The notes under the pieces were generated by a model. It was not told where the DNA came from. It saw only the letters and a program-made list of their open reading frames with translations, and made no database searches. Positions 37,101-51,644 of a DNA stretch of 64,000 nt are shown here, one piece after another; position 1 is the first letter of the stretch; the number at the start of each line of letters is the position of its first letter. This DNA is from Epiperipatus broadwayi (lineage: Eukaryota > Animalia > Onychophora): contig JAQFVV010000003.1 in NCBI GenBank assembly GCA_028023455.1, positions 24,986,001 through 25,050,000 on the forward strand, written 5' to 3'. Both the position numbers and the translations under genes were made by a program.

Positions 37101-40100
37101 TGTATTTATATATTCTTTGAACACTGTAAGGACTTCAAATGGTATTGTATTATAAAATTTTCCATCTCCAAATAGATTAATCAGATTCTGGCCTTTATCT
37201 TCATTAGCAAAGACTAGGATTCAAAACCATATCTACCCACCATCTTTGACTTTTTTATACTGTTGAAGCTAATCTAATTTTTTTGAAAAAAAAGTTTCAA
37301 ACCTAACTAATTCTCTCAGATAGCTATATAAATCTGTTATAAGACCAATTTTTATATATTTTTTTAAGATCTCAGCAAGGAGTATTAATAGAACTATAAC
37401 ATTTGATGACTTTTGATTATTCAAATTTACATTAGATGATCCTATAGCAGGTTGAAAATAATTACCTTGAAAGTATATGAAAAAAATCAAATAACATTAC
37501 TGTTAACATTAACTATCAAATAAAAAAGCCAATTGTGAATATTCTGATGGCCTCATTAATTCAAATGCATAGAAATAAACACTGTTTCTAATTAAATGTG
37601 AATTAGAACCTTTCAGTATGGGCACATGTATTTCTTCTATGTTTCCTCTAGCCTTTTAGATGAGTTCTTAAATTAATCTTTTTTTTATATGTTAATGAAT
37701 TTCTGCCATAAGAAGTACAGCAAGGGTAAAATGTTGAAGTCAAAAGAACAGGATTCACAAATTTATTCCTTCCCAAAGACAAAAAAAAACACAACAATCT
37801 TGTTTTATAAATTAAATGGAATTATAGTGTTCAGGTTATTAGTGTTCAAACATATCATGACCATCTGAGAAAAATATCATATGATTACATTTTAATAAAT
37901 TTTTATACTTTTTTTTTCTATGATATTATAATTTACTCATTTAATTTTTATTAAAGTTAAAATCTAACTTCTGTCATAACCTTTATTATTTTCATTATTT
38001 TCTGAAAAAACAAGGATTTTTTACAAGCCTCCACAAGTGACCAGCAGTTTAGAAGAATGATCATCTAAAATAATTTTTCATATTCTGAAACCCTTTTCCC
38101 CTCTGCTAAATACAAACTTGAATTTTAGCTCCAAGACTCTTAGCACACCATTGATTTGCAAGCTCAGTAGCAAACTTTTTGATACACCTATGAATCTTTA
38201 TTGCCATTTCTGGAAAATAAAAACATTTTTTTTATTTTGAATATCACACTCTTTTATTAAGATATTTAAGCAAAATATTATGACATCAATGTGATAACAC
38301 CCAATCACCACTGATAGTGATACATCACATGATTAAATATATTTATAGAAACATTAATTAATTTAATTTATTTTTAATTCTATTAAAATTATTTTAAAAG
38401 ATTATTTTCAACAAAAATATGCTATCAGTCTTTAGTATATATTTCTAAAAAATAATAATGATTACAATGAGACAATTGGTTAATCAACTAATTATTGCAT
38501 CCAATACTTTATCATGGCAAGATATCAGATAAATTTTCATTAATATTCCTCAATGCAAATGATAACTTGCAACATGACTATATATATATTAAAGTAGTGA
38601 TGATTATATTGAAAATATTTTCAAATTAAAATACAGTAGTAATAAATTACAAATGAATCTCCATAAATAGTAGTTAGCACAACTTTCCGCTAGATACAAA
38701 CATAGAATTTGAACTCAGTTTTTTTAAGTAGCTGAGAATTTCCAAGCAAGTTTAAGATTTTTCTTTTATATAGTCACTCTAGCTATCCGCCCAATTATTG
38801 TTTGACAAATGGCTATTTAGCTATTGTTAACTAAAGTGCAAACAATAACAATAAAACTACAAAATCTCTCATTCTCATCCAGAAATTCTTCCCTATCTCT
38901 CTATAAGGATAGGCAAGAAGGGTGTGTATTAAAGAAATCTTGATCAACATTGGGCTGCTTTGGGATTGTTTTACCTTTTACCTAGTAAGATTTCAAACCA
39001 GTATTTTTTCTAAAATAAGTGATAAATCCAAAAAAAGAATCAATGTGAAAAGCATTTGTTACATAATAATAATAAAAAGTACATGAATTGAAATAAACAA
39101 CACATTTGTTTCTAAGACTGTAATTTCGTTTTATATATTCTCATAAATAAACAACAATTCAAAAGTAATGTTATTTGAGAATGGCAGTCAATGTATTCTA
39201 AACAGAATCCATTAGCTAGGAGAACAGCTATAAAACTTTTAAAAATAAACAAATGTTATTCAATTTTCTCTTATTTTTCAACTTCACTTTCTTGTCATAA
39301 AGTAATGTTTTGAATTTGTGTGTGTGTTCATAAATACCGAATTTATTTACTTATTTACTCAAATAAGATCAGTTTTTAAAAAAATACATCTCTATTATGT
39401 ACGCTCCTATGGATCTGTGCATTTTCTAATTCCTTGATTACAGTCATAATCCACTTCATCTGATTACTATACTGTATATTCATTTTGATTTTGTATTTAT
39501 GCTCTAAAACTTTTACATTTATCATTGCAAATGTACGGAGAGTTCTTTACCCAAGAGTAAATTAAGCCAATAAGCAGCAGATTATTATTACTACTTTTAA
39601 TTTTTATCACTACTACTACTGTTAATATTGCTACTACTAATAATAATAATAATCCCTTATATTGTTATCATCTAAAACATTAAATAACGTTTCAATCAAG
39701 ATAATGATATAGATTTTGTATCAATTCGTAATTAAAACTAAATAATTTTATCAGACAACGTTTTGGCTTACTACTTAAACTGCAGCTGAGCATTTTTCTA
39801 TCTCTTTATTATTGCAAACTTTTTTTTTCTCCAAATTATTTTTGGATCTTGATACATCATCTATTAGTTGACTATCCTCGAACTTCAGTGAATGTTTTGT
39901 CCACTGAAATAATTATTGAACTGTACATAGTTTAACAATGTTGACGCTTCTATATTCAATCTCAGCAAGACTGACTAACTTCTTTGTTTATTCCAGATAA
40001 TCAAAAAACACGTTTTCTGTGTTTAAAAGAAAAGATTATTAGATATAATATTCTGCAATGTTAAGCATACTTTTGACTACTTGTAGTCATATTCATAGTA

Positions 40101-42599
40101 TAAGTAGTCTACTAAAGGCAGTCTTATTTATCCTCAAGTGTCTGAGGTGATATTTAAATGAGGTATACATGTAAATGAGCATATTTAAATAGACATTTTT
40201 TTTAGTGGAGAGTGCAAAATTCTTTTTATTAATAGCATGGGCATTGTTAGAAATGTGTCATATCATATAAAAAATACTTCTCAAGAATGAATTATCTCTG
40301 ATTAATGCCTCTCAATGAACTATTTATTATAATAATGATGAAGTGATTCATGTTGTTGATTTTTCTTTTTTTCCCCACCATCAATTTTTCTGAATGTATT
40401 ATAAAATCTTATTACAAAAATTTATAACTTATATTACAGAATGACCAAAGTAAGAGAAGTTTAACCTAATCATTGTGCTTCAAGCAAAAGTTCAAATATG
40501 ATCATGTTACGTATCCATTTGTTTGTTACTTCAATGTTTATGGTATTCTTAAAAGTTTTTAACCAGTACCATAATTTAAAAGCACCAATACATTTTCTAT
40601 TCTTCCTTATTGCCAAACATTTACATCCATAATGAAGCTTGAATAATTCCAATATTTCTTTTTATTCCTACATTTAAAAATCTTTTCCCTATCTTCTTTG
40701 AGACTCTGCCAGTGCCAGTGTGTGATGAATCTTTATCTAAAGCAATCTTGACTGCTGGTTGAGAAACAAACTTATCCATATGAATAATGATTCAAATATT
40801 TACTTTTTTATTTGTAAAAGAACAAAACTCAGTGAACAACCTCTCCAATTGCTGTAATTTCAGCAAAAAATATTAAAAATAAACCAAAGATATGATACAT
40901 CTTCATCAGCAATGACATATATTTTTGAAATCAGAACATCAATATTCATCCACTCTTATAGAAAGATACATGTGATATGATGCAATCAACTCAATATGTA
41001 TGGAGGTACCTTTGCTTACAAATGTGAAAGACTGAATTTTGATTTATAACAATTCATTAAGTTTATACAAATAATAAATAATATTAATAATTTCCTTAAA
41101 GAAAAAAGTTAAATTTCATATTGTTAGATATGAAAATAAAGTACTCTACTATTATGGATAAATGAATGGTGATTTAAAATATAAACCATAATAGAAGAGA
41201 AAGATATGAACATTTCTACTTTGTGTTATTTTTTTGTTTTGTTTTGTTAAGCAATGTACATACATACATCATAAGTACCAACTGCTAATTGGTTATTATA
41301 TGTAATTCACATACCACATCTTCATGTTTAAATAAACCAGTAGATTATAAACAATTTGTTGTCAACACATCAGGACAATAATTTCTATCTAATTTTAATG
41401 TTGCATTGACAATAGATTGTTTATATTTTATTGATTTATTTAGCTGTTGGAAATGATTTATATACATGACAAACCTATGATCTGAATTCAAATCCTGACT
41501 AAAATTTGAAAAAAAAAATCCAATTTTAATTTAGTTTTTTTTTTCAAGTAGCTAATATATAGTCAGCTGACATTCAGCATTGGTTAGTAAATGAATATCT
41601 TAGCTAGAGAGTAAAAAAAACGTCAGAAAAATGCTTGAATCCTCAGTATCTGGCAAGCTTGTAAGTAATGTTTTTGTCTTCATTTCTTTCTGATTAAAAG
41701 CTGTTGGAGAGATTTTTGCTCTGCAAAGAGTTATTTAAAGGCTGTTTCACCTAATAGTTAAATTATGACAGTTTTAATTACTTTCTACTCCTTCTGAAAA
41801 TGCTTCTAATACTTAATATCCAATTAAAAATTTGTTTTAATCCATTAATTATCATCTCATTTATCTATTGTCCAGCTTATCTCTGTTAACTTATTTCTAT
41901 AGCATCAATAGAACTAGACTAATTTCAATATAATTTTTTTATTATCTCTTTTTGTTGTTTCCTGCATATTTTTTTAATAGTTCAATGAGTCACCTGAGGT
42001 TTCTTTTTCATCTTAATATTCAGAGTCCATGATTTAAAACCATAGAACAAAACAGATATAGCATTTATTATAAGATTGTTGATGTTTTTTTAAACAATAC
42101 ATGTATGTCTCCTTTAAATTTAATATTAAGACTATCACATGTTCTCCATGTCACTCAATTATTTTATTTGTTTCTTCTATTTAATGTATTTTAGTTGGTA
42201 TCAATTAAACTAATATACTATAATGTTCTTAGTCAACAAATTTCTTAATCAAATTTTATGACAAGCCTATTTTCAAATAGAACATACTACATAAATTTTT
42301 GAATGCCTCAGTTATTGTTGTTAAAATAATATTTTGTGCAAATCTAAGCTAGTTTAATTAAGTCATGAATAAGCTTCAGCCTAAATGCAGGTCTTTATAA
42401 CTTTCTATTTGGCCTTTCATGATTTTTTTTAATAACGTGTTTATTTCATAGTTAAACCAGCATAATAAATCTTTATTAAAATATGTATATATCATCCATT
42501 CCCCTTACTTTCTATTTCCACTAATATAAATAACTTGATGCAACAATTCTAAAATGCTAAAATGAGTTTTCATGTGTGCATACATAACATTAATAAGTG

Positions 42600-42760
42600 G
42601 GACTGAGGAGAGTTTGTCATATTCTTTAAAGGTGAAAGTGAGATACCTTCAATGATTTTGCAACATTCATTATTATTAGGGCTTGCATAGCTTTGGACAG
42701 TGATAGAATGTCATTCTGCGATCATGATTCCAACTCCATCATGTCTAAGATTAAATGTTT
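42600..42760 (-). mobile_element. Possible APE endonuclease relic of an RTE-like LINE
   Basis: Minus strand reads HDGVGIMIAE*HSITVQSYASP, resembling GVG..I and IQVYAP. Confidence 0.3.
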
Positions 42761-43520
42761 TATAAACTACTCCTCATTTTTATTTAATGTTACTATTTTT
42801 CAAAAAAAATGTATCCAACAATATCAGTAAAGTGAAATGTAATATCTATCATTATTTCAAATGATAAATATGAAAACATTAAGCAATTCTAAAATTTCAA
42901 GTACTTTTTAATTATCACCATTTTAATGAATTTTCATTAAGCAAAGGGAAGTACTTCAATGTTTTTCCTATTAAAAAGATCTTAATTTAAAATTGCAAAA
43001 AAAAAAATCAGCTACTTCATAATGTTTATTCATATCAATTCAAAGCTATACATTCTACCTTCCACACATGTACATATTATCCAATCTTACGCTGTCTGAA
43101 TATCTTTGTGATTGGTTAGAATATGCCCAACCAAAGCTCCTCACTAAAATTTGTGAGTATAGTAATTTCTATCTCTTCTTTTTTTTACATAAAAATTATG
43201 TGAATTTTCTTTAAAATGTTGGTTTTGGTATATTTTGTATTAAATATAATGTTTGTGAAATTTTTTTTAGAGTGTGGCTCAATTTATTACGATCAATATT
43301 TCATGTGGTTTACTGCTTGAAAAATATTACCCATGTCTGATTTAAATGACCATTATTTATCTTGAAATTTAAATCATCTAAAGTAAAAGGTAAATTATAG
43401 GTCAGTTGTGAAGGCAGTATAGGCAATGCATCAACATTTATCTGAACAATCTAGAATTAATATGAGACTTTTATATTCTAGTTAATAAGAGTTTAATACC
43501 AACTTATTCTAAAGTGATAA

Positions 43521-43683
43521 ATATTTGAAAACCAGGCACTCTTCACAAACCTGGAGCTTAATTGTAAATATAGGGGATTTGAACTCAGACTTTCAAGCAT
43601 GTCTGTGGTCATGTTTATCAGTTGTATGAGATAGTGTGGATAGTTGGTGGGTGCTTGAAAGTCTGAGTTCAAATCCCCTATAT
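43521..43683. mobile_element. Fold-back tRNA-derived insertion with a perfect 34-bp inverted repeat and a 14-bp TSD
   Basis: Arms 43566-43599 and 43652-43685 contain the B-box GAGTTCAAATCC. ttctaaagtgataa at 43507-43520 and 43684-43697. Confidence 0.75.
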
Positions 43684-43734
43684 TTCTAAAGTGATAAGTA
43701 GATTTGCTATGATAATGACCTAAACAAATTCCAA

Positions 43735-43812
43735 AGTTTAAATCAGCCTGGATTTGAATCTCATATCATGGCATGGCAAAAAAATACTTTAACCATTATA
43801 CAATAAGCCCTC
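43735..43812 (-). mobile_element. Degenerate tRNA-derived SINE head
   Basis: Minus strand reads gggcttattgtataatggttaaag...gagattcaaatccaggc, with A-like and B-like boxes. Confidence 0.35.
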
Positions 43813-44614
43813 TCTCATTTAAAATCATTGAAGAATAATTGTTTTAATTATTTTAGAACATTCTTCTTTCTATTTTAAATTTTTCAGTAATTTCAACTAT
43901 CAATCAATAAAATAGCAATTTTATAATTTTTTTTAACAATTTTTGATCCTCTGCTGCATTATAAAATCTAGCCCATTGATGAGAATAGCAGACTCAAAAT
44001 ATAGTTTCTTCAATCAGCTTCCCAAGTAGGGGCATTAAATTTGATCAGTGGTAATCATAGACTATGTCTAAAGGTTACTAGAAAAATTTTCACTTGAGTA
44101 AAGTAAATACAATAACCAGTTTAGTCAATCAAATATGCTGTTGTGTTCAATATGCTCTCTGAGCAACTAACTCTTTTTCCTGGGTGATTTAACTGAGTGA
44201 AAGAATGACAACTCAAGAGCTAAAGGTTCCTGGATGGGTTCTCTACTGAGTAAAGAAACAAAAATCTCAACTTGGTTATGAATAAAACTCTCATGCTCAA
44301 CCTGTATTATGGTGGTAAAACATCACATGATTTCCCAAACAAATAATGACACAATTAATTAATGTAAACAATAGCAGGTGTTGCTTTGATGCTTAAATAA
44401 CAATCAAGATTTTGAGTAATTGATTATATGCTAAATAAATAACTTTCTAATTTCAAAATATGAATCACAACTGATAGATATATCAAATATCAAATCCTTC
44501 AGTATTTTCCATTCTTATATATAGATTGGACCTAAAATAGGCACGTAGTACTTAGTTAAAGACAAGGTCCAGGAAATGATGCAACATTGATAGTGACTTT
44601 TTGAGCACCTGCCC

Positions 44615-44836
44615 AATCACTTATATAAATCTAAAACAGATGCAAAACTCTCTATACAGTGGTGCCAACCAGTGTAAGTCAGAGGAATCAATCAATGGTG
44701 CCAACCAGTGTAAGTCAGAGGATGTCATGCACAAATCTTCTTGCATCCATTGATTACTGACTTGTGCTGGGTGGCACTACTGTATAGAAAATTTTGCCTG
44801 TTTTAACGGTTTGTGTAAGCATAGGAAATAGTGAAG
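44615..44836. mobile_element. Short family-B fold-back insertion lacking the hammerhead, with an internal 36-bp duplication
   Basis: gcaaaactctctatacagtggtgcca / tggcactactgtatagaaaattttgc inverted arms. The right end matches the family-B 3' end seen inverted at 36900-36945. Possible cctgccc repeat at 44608-44614 and 44837-44843. Confidence 0.65.
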
Positions 44837-47800
44837 CCTGCCCTACACATTATTTTATAAACGAATTATATATATGTGTGTGTGTAGAAAATACTGTAAA
44901 GCTGGGTATTTAGTATATATATTAGTTATAATTAATTTTTGAAAACTTAAATGATGTTCAAGCATGAAAGTTGAAAATGTCACAGTTCCATTAACATATA
45001 CTAAATATCACATCATTCAGCATTTTCCACTCACAGATATATATAAATTATTAGTTTACATTATAATCAATATGGGGTATCAAATAATAAAAGATAAGAA
45101 AAAACAGACATTTCTGACAAGTTGTTATGTGAATACAAACCATTACAATTCCTCTTATCTTTCCAAATATAATACTCAACAAGGAAAAGATAAGGCCACC
45201 AAGTGGTGGCAGTCTCAAGTAAATTGTCATTAGATGAGTCGACAGACAAACCTCGTTCACGTGATAAAAGTAACACTATTAATATTATTTGTTTGGGAGA
45301 AAAAAAGTTAATAAGAGAATAAAATGAATAATTTATGTTTGGAAAAGTTACTTCTTCTAAAACATTTGTAGTTTTCCCAATAAATCACAACAAATTTGGC
45401 AGAAGATACCTTTTGATCCAAGAAAAGGTCACAACTGCTTTTCATCCCTCCCACTTCCAAAAAGAAATTTAAAAGAGAAAATTACAACTGATGCTAGTGT
45501 AATTTGAAAAGTGAAAATAAAAAAAAAATGAATACAGTATATATATTAGTCTTAAAATAACTTTTATTTGATCAAGTAATTATTTAGAGTTATATTTTAT
45601 GTATTGAGTTACTCTAATAGTCTACAGTGCATGATAATAATAAAGAATAGTCATATCACAGTAATATTGTGAATGGAATGAAAATTCAGGTAGCTGCAAA
45701 AAATATCTGTTGGAGTATAGGTTTAATCATGTACTATAAATTATAATTCTACAAATTTGCATTTAGGCATCCTCTATTAGCTTTTGTAGAATTAAAGCGC
45801 TTAGCACAGTGAATAAGAAAGAGTTCTTAAAAACCATCTTAGTCTATTGCTCACAATGTAGCTAGTATATGTACTATTTATCTCCTTATTTTCAATAATA
45901 AGCTGGTAGAGAGTGCTTAAATGCTCTGATTTACATTATATAAAATCTTCATGTAGATAATGGAAGTTGATAAAAAGATAGCAAGGATAGAGAAATAGTG
46001 AAAATTATATAATAAATGATTATTAAATCTTTTTCATATACTCTATTTTATTTAGTTTTATTAAGATTTGATTACATGTTTATAGCTTACAATTGATATT
46101 TGTATGTACCATATAAACCATTGCATAATTTTCTGTGTTATTTTCAGCATCTATATTAATAATGCTAATTCATTCTATTTACTTCAGAACCATCCATTGT
46201 AAGTTTTAGTAATCAATTGATACTAGATAGTAATTACTATGCTTAAATAGGTTGAAAGTGCAAGTTTGCTGCAATTTATTGATAAAGAACAAATATGCAG
46301 AAACTAATCTGGGATTTGGATATAGTATTGCTATTTAGTGTCCATTAGTTACTTAAGTTTACAATAGATATTTCTGGAGTAAATAGTGATATTTATATGC
46401 ATGCTTATTATCAACTCATATGGAAGTGATTTGATACGATTATTCCTCATCCAAACTTTGCAACCACTGACTAATTACCTAAGGAGTATGTCATAAATAA
46501 ATAAATATAGAAATACACCATATCCTAAGTTAGCTACTTATAAGAAAAAAAATTTTTTTGGTAATGCCTAGAACCCAGCTTTAAATTTTATTTAGTCACA
46601 TAAATAAGAAACAAATAAAAAACAAATTAAGCAGCTAAAGTAACCCTATAACTAAATATTTAAATTAAAATCTAATGATAATTTAAATATCTCTTTTATG
46701 TTTAAATAATACATAATCAATACTTCATATAGTCCTAGAAAAAGTATTTTATTATTATATATAGCAAAATGAATGTGAAGTGTTTAAAAAGACCATAAAA
46801 AAAACTGGAAATTTAGAAAATTTAAGTATGGCTTTACTCTGAACAATATTACCAATTGTTTCCCAATGTGCTTTATAAATCTAAAATTGCATAAAATAAA
46901 AAAAACCAAGCTGCTATAATGCTTGCCTAAAACAAAACAAAATAATCAACACTACAAACTCAAAATATACAATAAATGTTAAATATGTAATTACAAAAAT
47001 ATAAAGCTGAAAATTAAACCATTTTATTAAGCATATTATTAATATATATATCAAGTAATAACTTGTAACGAAAATATATTACCCAATAAATACATTTCAG
47101 TAGCTGTATTTGTTGTTTTTATATTTCATAGTTGCCATTATGAAATTACAAAGTTGCTATCCAGTTGAATCACGATTGTTAAGTTAAAATAAAGCATGTA
47201 CAAAAAAAAATTAACACAATGATGCACTTTACATTATGTTATCAATGTTTTCTTTTGTTTGTTTGTTGTTGTTGTTGTGTGGGGTTTTTTTTTTGCAATT
47301 ATTTAATAAATAAAACGTTGTTGTTTTTATTAAAAAAACACTTTGGTTACTATAGTTTTAATAGTATTAGTGAGTAAATTTTTTTTCTTGATGATATTGT
47401 TCATGCTTACAGAGAGACATATTTTTACTTTGGGGAAAATAATTTCCATCAAAAGAAGAATAATAAATAAATTATGCTCTATTTTAGATAATGTACACAT
47501 TCAATTTATTTTCAACTTTTAATTCTATATATAATTTAAAAGTTTATTTGTAATTATGTGTAGAATAAATTTTAAATTTTTTTGCAAAGATTGTTTATAT
47601 TTATGATGAAAACCCTTCTTTACTTCAGTATCAAAAAACCTATTACAGACAGTAGTAGGAGAATAAAGACTAAAAATTCAATAAGACATTTTTTTATTTA
47701 TTATAATTACACTTTAATTACTTCTTGAGGTAAATATTGCCATTTTATCTTATTTTTAACATAATTTTTATTGTTGAAATATGTAGTTGCATAGTTTATA

Positions 47801-47996
47801 TTTGATGTATAATACTTATTGCATATATACATGTTATACTTTAGTTTATGCATATCTATACATGTACATATATATACAGTTACTTATATCACATTCAAAG
47901 AGAACCACATATAAGTAGTGAGAAATTACCATATAATACTAAATCATCCATGCACTTTACTATTGTTACACAATGCTTTATTTACCACTCTCTTTT

Positions 47997-48042
47997 ACAG
48001 TTTACAGTTTTGATTGCCCCAGCAATCTTCTTCAGAACTTTT
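47997..48042 (-). ncRNA. Family-C minimal hammerhead, copy 1 (G12 to A)
   Basis: aaaagtt-CTGAAGA-A-GATTGC tggg GCAATC-AAAAC-T-GTA^AACTG. Confidence 0.7.
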
Positions 48043-48130
48043 TATATATCTCCTAAATTCAACTGCTAAATTTAAATCACCCATGCTCTTTATTACTGTT
48101 ACACAATGCTTTATTTACCATCTTCTTTTA

Positions 48131-48175
48131 CAGTTTACAGTTTCAATTGTCCCAGCAATCATCTTCAGAACTTTT
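48131..48175 (-). ncRNA. Family-C minimal hammerhead, copy 2 (core intact)
   Basis: aaaagtt-CTGAAGA-T-GATTG ctggga CAATT-GAAAC-T-GTA^AACTG. Confidence 0.75.
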
Positions 48176-48229
48176 ATATAACTCCTAACTTCAACTGCTA
48201 AAATCAGCAGTTGAAGTTAGGAGATATAT

Positions 48230-48272
48230 AAAAGTTCTGAAGAAGATTGCTGGGCATTCGAAACTGTAAAAG
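48230..48272 (+). ncRNA. Family-C minimal hammerhead, copy 3 (core intact, helix I shortened)
   Basis: aaaagtt-CTGAAGA(48237)-A-GATTGC tgg GCATTC-GAAAC-T-GTA^AAAG. Confidence 0.7.
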
Positions 48273-48326
48273 AAGGTGGTAAATAATGCATTGTGTAACA
48301 GTAGCAGTTAAAGTTAGGAGATATGT

Positions 48327-48372
48327 AAAAGTTCTGAAGAAGATTGCTGGAGCAGTTGAAACTGTAAACTGT
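48327..48372 (+). ncRNA. Family-C minimal hammerhead, copy 4 (core and stems intact)
   Basis: aaaagtt-CTGAAGA(48334)-A-GATTGC tgga GCAGTT-GAAAC-T-GTA^AACTG; predicted cleavage after 48366. Confidence 0.8.
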
Positions 48373-51300
48373 AAAAAGTGATAAATAAAGCATTGTGTAA
48401 CAGTAGTAAAGTTCATGGATGATTTAGTATTATATGATATATATTTGGCAATGCAATAAGAAAGAGTAGTTATTATACTTCCTGAAGAAGATAGTGAAAA
48501 ATTAATTATGACATGAGCTATATTGCTAAATTTAGACTAGTTTTATGGGTTAGAGTTTGGTTGAGGGTCTGACCAATTATATGAATTTTAAAATGAGAAA
48601 ACTATAATTAATGAAAGTATTGGTTATTAAAGCAATGACAAAATTGTAATTTTAATGACCAGTGGTATAAGTAAGCTTATTAAGCTCCATGTGGCTGCAT
48701 ATATATCTGGTGGTACAAGGGTTTGATCTCAAACTTTAATTTTATTTATTTTGTTATAGAAATGTGACTGCAGTATGTTTGAGGTTAAATTAAAGTAGAA
48801 ATGGCATCAACAAAAACAAAAAGTGAATAAAATAAAAAACAGTTGCTCTAATGCTTGGGGAATGTTGATGAGTGTTATGAATGAGACTGATTAGGACTTT
48901 GTGATATATATATAAAGTTTGATATATTTGAAGTGATGGGCATTTAAAGAAAAAATGTTGGATAGTTTCTTCTCCTTTGTAGCAGAATGAGCAAATTGAG
49001 TTTATATTGGCAGACATTTTTTTAGCTAATAAGCTACAGGTTTGTAATGCTTCCAAATTATCCTTGATAAGGAAATCAAGATATTTGAACTCTTAAGTAG
49101 CAAAATTTAAATTTTTGAATAATCTATTTATTTGTGCAATGTAGAATTGTTTGGAGTGTTAATAAATGGTCAGTTTTGAGGTCAAGATTAGAAGCTTCCA
49201 AATAATTAATTTTTGTTGATAGAGCATGTTGCTTGAGGATGGAATACATGGCACGGATATTGAGAAGGTTTTTGAAATATATATTTTTAACAGGAAGTGG
49301 TGTATCTGTTGGGATGATGCAAATAAATTTCTGAAAGTCAAAAAAAAGGGTAAGAAATTTGACTAGTATATTTACTATTCTTTGGAGTGGATTATAGGGA
49401 TGGAATGAAGCAAAAGTCCATTGTTGCATGGTTCTAATACTCATTGCCAGAGCTTTCTTTCCCCACATCAGTTTGGTGTCCAAGGAGGGTTTTTTTTTTT
49501 GAAAGAGGTGGTGTAATTGATGAGTAAAATGTGACCTTGGGGAAATATTAGGATATTAATGAGAGTGATTTTGGCATGTAATGATAAGTAGGCTTTAGAT
49601 AAATTGATTTTAGTTTCAGGAAATGTTAAGTAGCATGTCGTGAATTGAGGTTCTCATGGCATGGTAAAAAGTTATGAGAAGGTGTTGTGAAACTAGATGG
49701 TATATTATTTCTATGTAGATGATTTATTGAGATTAAAATGGAGTTTGTATTTTTTTGAATGAATAAAGATTACTAGGTTGTTCATATAGTAAATATGTTT
49801 TATATTTTTATTGATGAGTCAAGATGCCAAATATTTTGCTTTCAATTAACAAAGGATTAATGTAAGTTATAAATTGTAAAACACTAAGGGGATATGCTTA
49901 GGAAATAGAATTGTGAGGATTGAAGCCAGATAGGACTTTTTCATTAAGAATAACGTAATTTTCTCTGTTTATGGGAAGATTGGTGAGAATATATAGTATA
50001 GGAATAGAGGTGCTGTGTGTTCTTAGAACATGAATCAATTTTTCAATTAGAACATAGTCGAAAAAAGATACAATATCTAACTGAATAGTTAGTGGACCAG
50101 TTTTCCTCAAGTGTCTCACTTGGTCTATAATTGTTTTAAAAAGAGTAATGGCTACAGTGATGAATGACCCTTTCGTTGGAAATTGAAAATCTGAGATAGA
50201 TGGCAGAATGATAGGCTGCATTTTATTTTTGATGATGGATTCTATGGTTTGATTAAAATTGGAGTCGTGGAGATGGGGAGTAAGTTATTTAAAGGAAATG
50301 GGAAGATTTTTTTTTTTTTTTTTGAGAAAAAGAACTAAGGAAACAGAATATAGTTGTTCAATTTGATAGATCTGCTTAAATAGATGATTGAGTATATTTA
50401 GCATTACAGGAATGATAAAAAATCTTAGGTGATATAATAAAAAGGAATCTGGTTAATAGTATGAAGAATAGGAAATATGCTACTGGAAATGAGTTGAGCT
50501 CGAGTATTATATCATTCTTTATAATTTGGAGATTAGAATTACTGAAATGCAAAAGGATGGGTATTGATATAAGGCAGGGGGGTGGGGGAATTGAAATTTG
50601 GCCTTAAAATGATAGAATAATAGGTGAAGCATCTGTTGGCCTATGACAGATTGATTATTTTTTTATGACGAATGAAGAGATAACTTTTTTCCTTTATATG
50701 CAAGAGCCCAATTTATGTATCCCATGGACCAGTTATAAGATTGAGCCAAAAACACTTTTGTATTTTTTATTGAGAGATATTCAGCAAATAATAATTAGGG
50801 TATTTAGAATTGTTGTTTAATGTAAATGATGCAGGATCACATGGAATAACTTTTCATTTTTGATGTAACATGTCAAGCTCTTTAATTAAGGCTGTGCGTT
50901 ATTTGTTTTTCTTTGTATATAATATTAATAAAGGCAAACAAAGTCTCAGTGGGATATAATGACAGAATATTAATTTTTTGAAGAGGATGTATATTTCAAA
51001 AATAATAGCTTCTGATATCGCAATCTTTAAGAGATGTCTAACAGTATTACTGAAGTGAAGAATGGGTTGTTTTTCAAAGCTAATATTTAGTTCAATATTA
51101 AGAGATAGATGGGTAGAAAAGCTAATAGGTTGAAGCAAAGGATTAATAATGTAATATAGATCTGCTGAGTAAAAATGTTAATCAATAAGAATTGCATATT
51201 TTGGGGTATAAAATGAAAAGGCATTACTAGGGAACAAACCTTTTTTTATTGATAAGATGAAGGTATTTAGAAACAAATTCAGAGTATGCCATGTTGAAAT

Positions 51301-51644
51301 CTCCCATAAGTATAGTAAGATAAGGGTTTGAGGATAGAGTTACTTTCATGTGAGAGATTATTTGGTCAATAAGTAAGGATTAATTGTAAAAATATAAGTT
51401 AATAATGTTTATGGTCAAGGCAGGGTGATGAAAAAAAAATGCCCATATTTTGGCCAAGATTTTAAAGGATTTGAAGAGTCAATGAACATCACATGATCAC
51501 CATTTTCTATATGCTTACTCATAAGTGTTATTAAACAGGCAAAACTCTCCATACAGTAGTGCCCTTCAGTGCAAGCCACAGTAATCAATGGATGCCAGAA
51601 GGGTTGTGCACAAAACCTCTATCTAGTGCCTAACCATCCAATAT

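Larger units (their letters stand above)
47929..48491. mobile_element. Family-C fold-back insertion containing four hammerheads (two tandem per strand), about 13-bp TSD
   Basis: Perfect 23-bp inverted repeat at 47930-47952 and 48414-48436, hairpin centre at about 48199-48204. tagtga(g/a)aaatta at 47916-47928 and 48492-48504. Confidence 0.85.

Noticed and set aside
45050-45500. Possible exons reading RERGLSVDSSNDNLLE (minus) or SSKLSLDESTDKPRSRDK (plus)
   Set aside because: Equally plausible on both strands, with weak splice sites and no recognisable family.
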